From: Okamejei kenojei
Taxonomy: Eukaryota
Assembly (NCBI GenBank): GCA_035221665.1
Contig: CM069166.1
Span: 558,001-622,000, forward strand
Direction of reading: 5' to 3'
Length of the DNA stretch: 64,000 nucleotides
In this document: piece by piece, positions 11,813 through 23,893 of the stretch
Numbering within the stretch: position 1 is the first letter of the stretch
How the letters are laid out: every line of letters begins with the position of its first letter
Notes under the pieces: generated by a model
Database searches by the model: none
The model's input: the letters and a program-made list of their open reading frames with translations, nothing else
Told to the model about the DNA's origin: nothing
Translations under genes and position numbers: made by a program

Positions 11813-14429
11813 GTGAGCGATGCATGAACAACTGCGGGAATTAGAAGACAAATCACCTCAGTAAACAAGGGGGTGGTGGGGACAGGCAGGGGCTGAACAA
11901 TAGGCAATAAACCCCAAGCTGTCACTCGCCGCTCCACGCCAACAATCTGACAACAAATTCTTCCTTTAACTTTTACGCCACAAACAAAACATCCACAATC
12001 AATTTATTTTCTCTTTCCCTAATTTCTCTTCGTCTAATTTTAATTTTCCCCTCACAATTTCTTCTTCCTCAATCCCTATAATTGTACTAGATTCGTATCC
12101 AGAAATGTTGATTGTTTCTCCACATTTTTTAAACATTTATTTGCTCAGATTGAAGGCTAGCATCGTAAAATTGTATTTAAATAAAAGAAGAAATTTGTCC
12201 AGGTTGCTGTTGGTGTATTTAGTTCCTGCACCAGGCTTGATACTAAACTGGTTAATATATATTTTGTGTCAGAGCTACACTGGGATTTAAAAAAATGTAT
12301 TTGTTAAATCCCCATTATTCAATTAATGTGTCTAGTGGGGGAGAGTAAGGAACTGGAGCATTAACAGGACATGGGCAAATAAAGAAGGGGTAAGAAATTG
12401 AGGGATTTGCTTGGAGTGTTTGTGTAGGAAGGAACTGCAGATGCAGGATTAAACTGAAGATACACAAAAAGCTGAAGTAACTCTGCGGGACAGGCAGCAT
12501 CTCTGGAGAAAAGGAATAGGTGACATTTTGGGTTCAGACCCGCTGTGTTACTCCAGCTTTTTGTGTCTATCTTTGATTTGGTTGGGGTGTTGGTGTTAAA
12601 ATACACTACCAGTTTAAGGGAGTTAGTTCTTGTGTTAAAGGGAGTCCAGGTTGGTTTTGTCAAACTCTTAGCACTCTGGGTTAGAACTGCTTTTTAAAGG
12701 TGATTGTAACTGGACAATTTCTCCAGTCTTCCTTCACTGCCTACCACTCCCCTACAGTTTACGTGCATTCTTCATCTCAGTGTAAAGATTGACACCCACA
12801 GTTGATGTGTGCAGTGGGAATTATGTCCCTTTCTGCATTGACTGGGGTCACCGGCTGATTTTGGCATTCAGTGCTAGTCAAAGATTTAGGCATTTTACAA
12901 TCTTGTTTTTGTGGTTCAACCGACAACTTTGTTATTTTGCAGTAAATTACTACAAAATAGTTTGGTTAACTGTTGTAATTGATATTTTTGTTCTTTTTTT
13001 ACTTCATTTGTATAATGATCCTTCCAAACAATGAAAGCCATAAGTTGAGAAAAGGAAGAGCTTTCTTCTGTACATGTAGTGTCAAGATGCTGATGAAATA
13101 ATATAATTAACTGACAAATAGGATTGCTAGTGACAGCAGACCCCTGCCAGTTTGTTTATTAAGAACTATGAATGTAACATGGACAAAAAGATCTTTTTGT
13201 TTTCAGAATTGCTGATTGTAAAAAAATCAAAGTTGATTTTAATTTGGTGCATGTTGTAAGATGCCTGTGTCTGTGTGCCTGTACTAGGGTGTAGATTAGT
13301 CCGTAAAGACAAGTATTGTTTCCACAGGAACCGCATTCAAGAGGTGTGTGTCAGCAAGGGTGGGAGTGCATTTTCTTGTTTCCGTCAGACTATTTTTACC
13401 CACCCCACTTTCCCCATCCCGTTTCCCCCCCCCCCCCCCCCCCCCCCCCCGTTTCCACCTCCCCGAGGGTGTGGGTGGGAGCAGTTGCCCCGTAGAGTTT
13501 GAAACTTGGTCAAGCTAGCCATGATTCAGGCTTTAGTTATTTGCTTTATTCACTTTACCAGACATTTGTCTCTGGAGTTAATTTTAAAGTATTGATTGTG
13601 AAAAAGAGACTGTGACCACATGAATTGTGTCTTCACCCAAGATACTGGTCTGGACCTTTGTTTGTCTGTGCCTGTAGTGGGTCTGTACAAACACTTGGGT
13701 AATGTGGGTCATCATGATCTCAGACTTTGGCAAGGCTACCCAGTTTAATCAAACTGATTAATTTTACACTATGTCGCACCCAATAGTAATTCTATAACTC
13801 ACCAGTCCAACTGTTTTAGTTGTGTAAGTGTTGCCGTTTAATTTGGTCCAAATACTGATCCCAAAGAGTTGATCTGTAAGGCTTGTTTTGTAGGGTGTTC
13901 AGTAACCTGTATATCTTTTGGGGGTGTGGGGAATAAGGCCTGTGTTTGAGGGGGCAATGTTTATTGTGGGTGCTCGTGGTCACCTGGAAAATGATTGAAT
14001 ATTGTTGGGTGCGATGTGATGAGATTAGATACAGCAGCTCATTAAATGTCCCAAACATTCACCACTAGAAAGTGGGGTTAACCATGAGTGGGTGTGGAAA
14101 TACAAGTCCCACCAGACATTCCCCTCGTTCACCCACCTCCCTCCCTGGATGTACCAGTCCCACTACTGGACTGTGACGCAACTCCCTCTCAAAGCACTTG
14201 AAGCTGTAGCATTTAACAAAAAAACATAACAAAGCCGTTCCGCTTCAAAGCTGAAATTTCCAAGGAAAGCAGTGTGGTTTGTGGTTTATTGTAGTGTAAC
14301 TCTATTTGCTGTAAGTGGATTAGGACAGATAGAGAGACTGTGTTTATGTGGGGATACTCTGTCATATCCAGCACAGAACTGGTGCATTGTAGGAAATGCA
14401 GCTGCTTTGGCCAGCACCATACTAATAGC

Positions 14430-14710
14430 AACACACAACGTTGGAGGAACTCAGTGGGTCAGGCAACATCTGTGGAGGATGTGGGCAAATGAGCTTTTGG
14501 GTTAAGACCCTTCAGACCGATGGAGTAGATAAGGGGAGAGAGCTGGAAATGAGGTGCGGCAATGGGCAAATCCTGGCAAGTGATAGGTGGATACATGCGT
14601 GGGGGTGATTGGCAGATGGGTGGAATAAGTGACAATGGCTGGAGGTGAAAAGGAGACAAAAGTGTGTAAGATAAGGGGAGACGAGGAGTGAAATGTAAAG
14701 TTGGTGTGGG
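14430..14710 (-). mobile_element. Longer Penelope-like terminal fragment (similar copy at ~50600-50930 on +)
   Basis: Same repeat unit extended by ~200 bp of shared sequence upstream of the degenerate hammerhead motif. Confidence 0.65.
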
Positions 14711-14829
14711 GGGGGGTCAGTTATGTCTGTGATAATGACTGAGCAACAAGAATTGGTTGGATGATCTCTCATGACCAACCATGTGACTGGATGAATTCTA
14801 CGGACTGGGCCATGACTGATGTTTTACAG

Positions 14830-15570
14830 TAATCATAATCACAATCACAATCTATTAGCCAAGTATGTTTTGCAACATACGAGGAATTTATTTTGCCAAA
14901 TCAGTCATACAAATAAAAAGCAATGGAACACACAAAATACATTTTAACATAAACATCCACCACAGTGACTCCTCCACATTCCTCACTGCGATAGAAGGCG
15001 GAAAAACATTCAAATCCCTTCCATTCTTTGCTCTCCTGCGGCCGGGGGCCTCTGTTGACAGGACGATCTTGACTCCCATAGCCAGTGTCATTTGCCCCTC
15101 TGCATCGGGGCGATCAGCTCCTGCATTGGGGAGTTGTCAGCTCCCCCGCACCGAGCGATCGGACCCCAGGTTGGGGCTGGTTGAGCCTCTGCGTCGTTGG
15201 AGCTCCTGGATAGCCTCTCCCGAAACTGCGAGCTCTCGATGTAAAGACCGCAGGCCCCGCTTGGAGCGATCCCAGGCAAGGGATTGTCTCCAATGTTAAC
15301 TCCACACCCTGCTATGGGGCTCAAAGTCAACCTGAGGAAGCCTCCATCTCAATCGATGGTAGGCTGCAGAGCGACCGGAGATGCGACCTAGAAAACAGTT
15401 TCATCTCTGGTAAGGTAAGATACTGAAAATGAGTTTTCCCGACTGCCGCCCCCTCCCCCTACATAAAACAAACCGGAGAACATTTACACAGACTATTAAA
15501 AGGTGCTAAATATTTTTTTTAAAAACACACTGTTGGTGGGACTACCAATCGTGCGCTGCCCCTGGTGGAA
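14830..15570 (-). mobile_element. CpG-rich non-autonomous retroposon with hairpin core and (ATTGTG)n tail
   Basis: CpG-rich body; core shared with 9480-9775; microsatellite tail at ~14832-14850. Confidence 0.65.
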
Positions 15571-16824
15571 AGGGTGGTGTCAAGGAGAGTAAAGGCTGTC
15601 TCTCAAGGGGAATCCCATCAATTCAGATGCAGCATTAAGCTGATTGGTCTTAATCCACTTTGAACTCCCTTTTACTGGGAGTTATTTTTGTATAATATTT
15701 AAATTTCCTTGCTCACACCTTTAGAAAGCGTAAGGTGTAAATCGCACTTGGTTGACAGTAACAGCATAGAATGTTTAATATAGAAGCTTATTGTTCTGGG
15801 GCAATGTTGGGACGATGCCGTTTCAACTGAGAAAAGGTCGGTGCAGTGACCTTCCATGTTTACATATGCAGAGAATTTTAAGCTCCAATTATGTCATTAA
15901 TAGTAGTCAGGGCGGGAGCTTATTTGAGGTAACACATGGTGAGTACTGCGTGACTAGAAGTGGAAATGTAATGTTTTGTGATTTGTTTGCACCAAGCCAC
16001 CACTTGAGTGTTGATAATGTATGATTTCCCAATGTAGTTATATCAGATTCCGGCATCAAAGTTATAATTTAGAGTAAATGGACTACAGACTTCAGCTTGT
16101 GGTCAGGTGGGACTTGCAAGTGTACAGTGAGTGTTCGCAGGTGGTATTACAACTGGAGTCCAGGTGTGAATGTTGGCGTTTGCATCAGAAGATCAGATTG
16201 TGACCAATTTAGTTCCAATGGAAATTCAGATTTTTTTTGTTAGTCTGTAATTTTTGCAGCTGTTCATCACGTGTGGGAACCTGGCAGTCAGGTAGTGCTC
16301 CATCCGAGGGCTTGTCTTGAATGAGTGGCTGTGTTTTATGCAATGACGATTGTTAAAGCCTGGATATGATCTCCAAGCAAACTTCTATTCATGGTTTGGG
16401 TTGTGTCCATGACGGGTTAAATTATACATGATGGGTGGGAAGAATGGGCTTGACTGGCCAATTGATGGTCTTCATGATTTCCAAATTGCTTTAAATTGTT
16501 CTCTCGTGAGTTTGGATGGTTGTTTGTGCAAGTAAACTGCTTACAGCTAACTACTGTGGTTTCTGGGGGAGAGTGCCTGGTATTTACAGCTAGATTTGCT
16601 GTCATGTTGTTGAAATCCTTTTCAAGCAAGCAGTGTAGCTGAAAAATTACCAATCACTAGTGATTTAATGCCTGGTGTTGTTTCCATCACCAGTTTATTG
16701 AAAGCCGGGAATTTTCACTTTACAGGCCAGTAACGCATTGATCTGATTACTCGGACAACATTTTAGAAATGTTTTATTCTCTATTGACAGGGTGCAGTTC
16801 TTTAATTTGTGCATTTATTTTTAG

Positions 16825-17240
<416 letters not shown>

Positions 17241-18189
17241 CTGAATAAGGGCCTGTGATAAATGTAGATTATTGATGCTGTTTAGTGGTACAAGATGTTG
17301 GCACTCCTGAAAGCCATTGCTCGGTTTAGGACTTCACCATAGTGATGATTGCACCTAACTTTGGGGAAGGCTTTTATTTTATGCAGCCTGCAATAGGAGG
17401 AATGACTGGTCTATTGCCAGTTGCAACTGTGAATATACGTTTGTACTGAGTGTGGGTTGAAATCTTTACTTGAAATCACCCGAGTTTTTTGTTATGTTGC
17501 TGTTAGTGCTACTCGACTGGTTTGAAAAGCAGGTATAATTTTTAAGGAGCCATTAACAAGATCTAGATTACTAACTTGGCATTGAGTAGCTTTTAGCAGA
17601 GCATGTTAAGTAATGGACTTCCTTTTACGATGCTCATGTGGTCCCTAGACAGTGGAAATGGAGCATTTTCCCACAATAGTGAACTCCTAATAAAATAATT
17701 TCAGATGGCTTGGGGCACAACCTTCCATTCAAAAACAAATTGAATGGAGATGTGTGATGTATTCGTAGCTGCACCAACTGCCAAGTGTTTGTGTAGAAGG
17801 ATTTAAGATTCCAGTTACACTTCCATCCCATATTTGATGCTTTCATTCTCACAGTTCTCTACTGATTCATTAGCTGGGAGTATCATTCAGTGCTATACGT
17901 TGCCTGCAGTGTCAGCCGCAGTTCAATTGCTGGCATTCTTGCCTCTGTACAAGAAAGTTGCAGATTGAAGTCTCACTGCAGGGATTTGAGTGTGGAAGTT
18001 AGAAATGATGAGCACTGTACTTTCTCTCAAGTTTAAAACTAAAACCCTGTCTCTCCATCAAGTGGATAAAGAAGATCCTGACATTCAGTTTAAAGACCAG
18101 GAAAGATCTCTGTAGATCTGACCAATATTTGCCCTTCAACACAGTTCTCTCTAATTATAATTGGGTTATCGCAGTGCTTTTGTGAGCTT

Positions 18190-18286
18190 CGAGTCTGAAG
18201 AAGGGTCTCGACCCGAAACGTCGCCTATCTCCTTCGCTCCTTAGATGCTGCTGCACCCGCTGAGTTTCTCCAGCTTTTTGTGTACC
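18190..18286 (+). mobile_element. 97-bp Penelope-like unit with intact hammerhead core
   Basis: 13-bp TSD CTTTTGTGAGCTT at 18177-18189 and 18287-18299. Confidence 0.85.
18192..18225 (+). ncRNA. Minimal type I hammerhead ribozyme motif
   Basis: CTGAAGA(18195-18201) A GGGT-CTCG-ACCC GAAAC GTC(18220-18222). Confidence 0.7.
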
Positions 18287-18345
18287 CTTTTGTGAGCTTG
18301 GTGTGTGCTAGGGTATAAGCTACTTTATTTCCTACATTACACAGA

Positions 18346-18632
18346 GGCGGCGCAGTGGTGGAGCTGCTGCCGTACAGAGCCAGGGACTCGGGTTCAAACC
18401 TCACTCCGGGTCTGTACGGCGCTTGTACGCTCGTCCTGTGACCACGTGGGTTTTCTCTGGGTGCTCCAGTTTCCTCCCATCTTCCAAACAGGTTTGCAGG
18501 TTAATTGGCTTTGGTAAAATTGTAAATGGTCCCTAGTGTGTAAGATATTGCAAGTGTATGAGATGACCGCTGGTCAGCACAGGCTTGTTTGGCCAAAAGG
18601 CTTGTTTCCTTGCTGTATCTCTAAAGTAAAGT
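18346..18632 (+). mobile_element. tRNA-derived HE1-like V-SINE
   Basis: A-box ggcgcagtgg, B-box gggttcaaacc, V-core gtgggttttctc..gtgctccagtttcctccca, CR1-type tail, (CTAAA)-like end. Confidence 0.85.
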
Positions 18633-20994
18633 GCTGTAAAATGAGTATATTGCTGTAATGGGCTGGCCTGGTGCTATGCAAAGTGCTTGGTGGAGGTTCT
18701 TGCTCTCTGCCTCAGGAGTTCCAATGGGAGAGATCAGCTAGGGCCTGTGCTACTGATCCTTCTGATCATTGATGCTCAGCCTGCTTATCACAGACCATTT
18801 GTCCTTTGGAGACAAAGCATTTTCAGTTGGTACTCATTCCAGGTGTGTTTATCCATGTGGATCTGGTTGAGTTCCTTCAGGTTGGAGATAAACATCAGAT
18901 TCTACACTGACATTTTGCCTCTTGTTTCCTTTTGTTGTATAGTTGCCAAGTTTCGATTGAATTTATTCATATTAGTGTCTGAGCAACCTCAAGGCATTTG
19001 TTTAACTTTTGTTGCACTTTAACTCCTCATCAGTCTTGCAAGTCTCATCCTTTTCTAGTGGTTGCATAACAGGTGAACCCTGTGTGCAGTTCCAAAAGCT
19101 GATTAGACAAGGAGTCAGTAATGGAGTTTTCTTTCGTGTGGTGACAGTGCTCCAATGTCTCTGACTCGTTGCCCTCCAGGCTTCCCTGAACTGATTTGTT
19201 TTCGGGTGTGTAATTGTGTATAATTCGTATCAGAGCTCCCTGAGAAACCACCGGCAGGTGTCTGTTTAACAAGCTTATTCTGTCATTTCACTCAGCCAAT
19301 CCAACAGCGCACAAGAAAAAATAATTTTGACAGAAGTGTGCACATGTTACTTTTGCAATAAAGTATGAGCTGTACCCAGGAGTTTCCGATAATGACCTAA
19401 ATTGTGGAATGGGAATGAAAGCCATTAAAATGCTGCTGGAGCACCAATGACTCCTGCAGCCTTGACATGCAAGTCAGCTGTTCTGTAAATTATGCTATTT
19501 GTGCAGTACACCATTGACTTTTCAATTTAGGTTTGTTTAAACTGCATCTAAATTCCCTTAAACAATGCTCTGTTCAATGGGTCCTCTCTCACCAACACAG
19601 ATCTATTGCCTTTGATTCCCTTGGCACTATCCTGCAGGTTAATAGTTAGGTGCAGTCATACAGCACAGAAGCGGGCCCTTTGGCTCAACTCGTCCATGCT
19701 GACCCAGGTGCCCTGTCTAAGATTGCCTGTATGTGGCTCATATTCCTCAAAATATGACTTCTGTCTATGTGCCTGCCCAATTGTCTTGGGTAATATGGTA
19801 CATGCCCCACCAGTACTTTTGGGGCTGGTTCGATGAGCACATGCTTGGAATGCCCTGTCAGTAGAGGTGTAGTCTGCAGGAAAGGTCTGTTTTAGCTCCG
19901 CTGGTGGTTGGTTGTCAAATAAAGGAAGCATTTTGTGTTTGGCATGGGCATGGTTGTCCAGTTCATATTTCAATTAATCTGGAATTGTTTAAGGACAAAA
20001 TAAAATAATTTAATGTAAATTGAATCTTTTCTCATTTGAAGGGACAGGTGCATCCCATGTGTATATCCCTCATCATCCCTGACTTGTTGCTCAGATCTGT
20101 TGACCTGCTCACTGGTGGAAAGCTATCATTGCAGACCTTTAGAACAGGTTTACTATGGGTTGAGAGCAGGATCTGATCTGGGATAGTGTTGACAGCAGAA
20201 AGTTTAATTGGCCATTTGTGTATCAAGGTCACGTGTTCATCCTGACCCCATTTGTCCATTTGTCATCTGGTGCTGAGGCCCATGGAGCCTTTCCTTTGGG
20301 TCTCGAGCTTCTCATTCTGGACTGTATTTTATCCATGCCATGCTTTATTCCATTGAGGTGAGGGTAGTGTGGTTGGAAGGATTCTTTGAAACCACCGGGT
20401 ATTGCATTTGAAGGCAGTTACAAGGTGATGGTTTGTGTCCTCCTTGGTATTGTGCATAGTTCTGGGCATCACGTGTCAAAGGATGCAATGCTCCAAGCCT
20501 GGAGAGAGGATCCCGAGGACTATCAAGGCAGTGGGAATGGGACAAATTAATTGGCCTGTGTGGAACCTGAGCATTAGCTGATTTTTGTACAGTAACCATT
20601 TTGAGATGTTGTTTATGCAGGCAGGCAAACTGGCAGCAGTATGGAGGACTATTGACCCTCTTTAATTTATTTGACATTATCTATGACTCTGGTGCTATTT
20701 ATGACTTCCTTGTCCCTGATGGTCTACCCTTTGAAAATCTGGCCAACTGTGCTTTAGATAAAATAAAATGTTATCCCATTTAGGAAGTTTTTGAAGACCT
20801 GTTTACAACAGACCTCTGGTAGATTAATTGTAGATTAGTTTATTAATGTGAAAGTACAACTATAGATTCTAATTTCATGCTGTGTTTCTATTTTAAGGCA
20901 AACATTTAGATATACTGATTTTTAAACTGGCACTTGGATTGAGGTTTCAGGAAGTAAAGGCGCTGTTGCGCCTTTTTGATCCACTGGTTTCCTC

Positions 20995-21510
20995 AAAAAA
21001 GCCCACCTGTCCCCCCAGATCATGACCAACTTTTACCGCTGTACCATGGAAAGCATCCTGACTACCTGCTTTACGGTACGGTACAGCAGTTGCACCGTAG
21101 CAGACAGGAAGGCACTACAACGAGTGGTGAAAACCGCCCAGTACATCATCGGTGCCCCGCTCCCTGCCATGGATGCCCTCCACCGAAAACGGTGCCTGAG
21201 ACGGGCCGGGAAGATCATCAAAGACCCTTCCCACCCTAACCATGGACTGTTTGCCCTCCTACCATCAGGGAGGCGGTTCAGGAGCCTCAGGTCCCGCACT
21301 AGTAGGACGAGGAACAGCTTCTATAACAACACCATCACACTGCTGAACTCGGAGTCCCGCTGATAGATTTCTCCTGTCTCTCCGTTCACATTGTCTGCAT
21401 TCTGTATCTATTTATATATTGCTATTACTGCGAACTGACGCTAAATTGCATTTCGTTGTACCCATACTTGTATCTGTGCAATGACATTAAAGTTGAGTTG
21501 AATTGAATTC
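20995..21510 (+). mobile_element. Rex1/Babar-clade LINE 3' end (ORF C-terminus 21022-21363 plus UTR and TTGAA tail)
   Basis: FYRCTMESILT...DRKALQRVVKTAQYIIG...IIKDPSHPNHGLFALLPSGRRFRS...RNSFY, typical of this clade. Confidence 0.9.
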
Positions 21511-21844
21511 TCCTACATGTGCTTGTAGCTCCTATCCCCGATGATCGTACCTTTTCCTTTTTCAAATTTTGCTTTTCAAAAAGTATTTTAAAGGATTCGG
21601 TTCACACAGCTGTTTAAGTAAAGAATTCTACAGGATTCCCAAGAGCCCAGTGTTACATTTTATATGTTTCTTTGCTGCCTCATCTACAAAGGATTACTAG
21701 TTTATTCAAAGGACAAAAGACTGCTTTTTCAAGCTAGGAAACCTGGGTCGAGTCCACTGTGTGGTCATCTCGGAGGGATGTGCTTGGCTTCTGTGAATAT
21801 TGAACCAGCTGGTGTATCTTGGTGAATCCTTGTTTTCTAAAGCA

Positions 21845-22058
21845 CAGGACTTCTTCACACAAAGAAAGGGCGGTGGGTGCATCGAACAAGCTGCCAGAGG
21901 AGGCAGTGGAAGCCAGGAATATCGCAACATTTACAGAACAGTTAGACAGGTACATGGTTAGGACAGGTTTGGAGGGTTTTGGACCAAATGCTGGACCAAA
22001 GGCCGGTGTGGGCAAATTAGGCCAAGGGCCTGTTTCCACACTGTATCACTCTATGACT
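21845..22058 (+). mobile_element. CR1 3' fragment
   Basis: LPEEAVEA..IATF..QLDRYM..GLEGFG pattern. Confidence 0.75.
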
Positions 22059-23095
22059 GCTTCAGGTAGTCTGTAAATTTAGCAGCTTCCCAGCAAAATA
22101 CAATTGTACAAGCTTTGTATGAGACTTCTAACTATCTAAAGCTTGCAAGGTGTTGGCTCCCAGAGGTTGGCTGATTGGTCCTGCTAGCTGTGTAGGCCAG
22201 CTGGATCATGTGCTGTTGGACAAAGCTCCTCGTGTGTGCGAGGAAACTCCTGGGAAAAGTGTTGGAGATTACCCACAACCATTGCAGTTCTATGGCTTCA
22301 AAATAATTGTACCAATGGTTCCACAAAGTGGATGCACTCGTTGCTGAAACTGTCATGCTCTTGACAGTAAAACCTATCTTTTCATTTGCTGTCATTAAAA
22401 CCATTGATCATTCTAAACAAGAGATGTTAGATTTTCAGAATTTCAATTAATATTGGGTTGAAATCCAATGCATGACCTCTTCTCCATATGTATTTGTTTG
22501 GGTGATTGGTTTGTTGTATGCAAACACCCCTCATCTTTTCCTTCACCACATGCCACCAGAAGCTATATCCAAGAAAGGGAAGGAGAGATTTGTAGAACTG
22601 AATGAGGTTGGAAACAGATTTTGTCCAGGAAATGGTGTAATTATTCGTGGCTCTTGCAGTTCCTGTTTGCTAAAAATGAATGCCTCAAATGGCAATTGGC
22701 ACAGGAAAAATCGATCATGTTAGACATTATATTTTTATGCTTTTAAATATAATACATTAGGACATTGAGTAACCAAGGAAACTGCACAAACAATCTGGAG
22801 ACCTACATTCAAATCCAGCTGTGAAATTTAAATTTAGTAATGTGGACTTTTGTCAAAGGACTACCAATCCCTGCATTGATTACTGCAAAGCTACTGTATT
22901 TACCAGTGAATACCAGGACAAGAATTCTGCTGCCCATGCCAGGTCTGGCTCAGAAGTGACCATGGACTCAGGGTGGAATAGTTGTCTTTTAAATCTCTTT
23001 TAAAATCTCCAAACAAGGCATCCTATTTGAGAGCAGTTGCAAGATAATGTATTGAATTGATGATACAATGAATGAAGAGAAAGGTGTCTCCCAAT

Positions 23096-23127
<32 letters not shown>

Positions 23128-23128
23128 A
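23096..23128. repeat. (TG)n(TA)n microsatellite
   Basis: Direct. Confidence 0.95.
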
Positions 23129-23803
23129 TGAATAAATGTATATTGTGGTGGGGGGGAGAGGAATGGGTACAAAGTGTTGTCTTTCCAGCATTTCCCACAT
23201 CAGAGATGTAGGGAAGGGTGGGATGAATAATAAAAGTAAACAAAGGATGGGAAATAAAAATTTGCTGAGATGCCCTGGTTCAAATAGTTTTAACTGCCTT
23301 AATTGTTAAGGGTTGTGTATTGGCTAAGTAACAGGCTTTGTCCTCTGATTGTGAACAAGCTCTTCTGTGAAGTGTTTGGCTGTATCTGTCTTCCACTGCA
23401 ACTTCAAAGCTATTTGTCCTTGCTTGCTTAAAAGATCTGAAGGAAGTGACCACTGAACTTTGGGACGACGCAGTTGGAGATGTTAACACAGCCTTGACCC
23501 AAGCAGTGTTTGAGCGGGCAGTTTAAACTTTTTTTTGTCGAAGTGTCTTGCTATAATCCCTGGCCGTGATGGATCACTTTGCTTTTTGAGACCTGCCACT
23601 TCATATGTCTGCAGATCACCATGTTCAAACCACACTCTTTTCTGAAGTTTAGACAGTGCCTCTTGTGAGTTTTAGCAAATTGATTTGTTTGTGTTCCCGC
23701 AGTAGTTGCATTGTATTTAGTGGAAAGAAATCTAATGGTGATATGCATGAGAGTTTAATTTAATGAACAGTCATAATGTGTTCCACAATTCATAAATGTT
23801 ATA

Positions 23804-23893
23804 GGGGGTACACAAAAAGCTGGAGAAACTCAGCGGGTGCAGCAGCATCTAAGGAGCGAAGGAGATGGGTGACGTTTCGGGTCGAGACCCTTC
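23804..23893 (-). mobile_element. Short Penelope-like hammerhead repeat
   Basis: 15-bp direct repeat TTCATAAATGTTATA at 23789-23803 and 23894-23908. Confidence 0.85.

Larger units (their letters stand above)
11130..11820. promoter_or_regulatory. CpG island over promoter and exon 1
   Basis: Visibly GC- and CpG-rich against CpG-poor flanks (not computed). Confidence 0.85.
17910..18345 (+). mobile_element. Ancient Deu-domain SINE (SacSINE1/AmnSINE-like), decayed and interrupted
   Basis: Collinear with the recalled consensus: tcttgcctctg..agaa.gttg...aagtc.cact; gtggat.aaagatcc; ccaatattt.cc.tcaac; tttcctacattac. Confidence 0.65.

Noticed and set aside
11392-11937. 181-aa minus-strand ORF and neighbouring ORFs over the promoter
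   Set aside because: Stop-poor shadow of the GC-rich island and exon 1; no recognisable domain.
18346-18410. tRNA-like A/B boxes here and at ~31845 and ~60195
   Set aside because: They are SINE heads continuing into V-core and LINE tail; no full cloverleaf.
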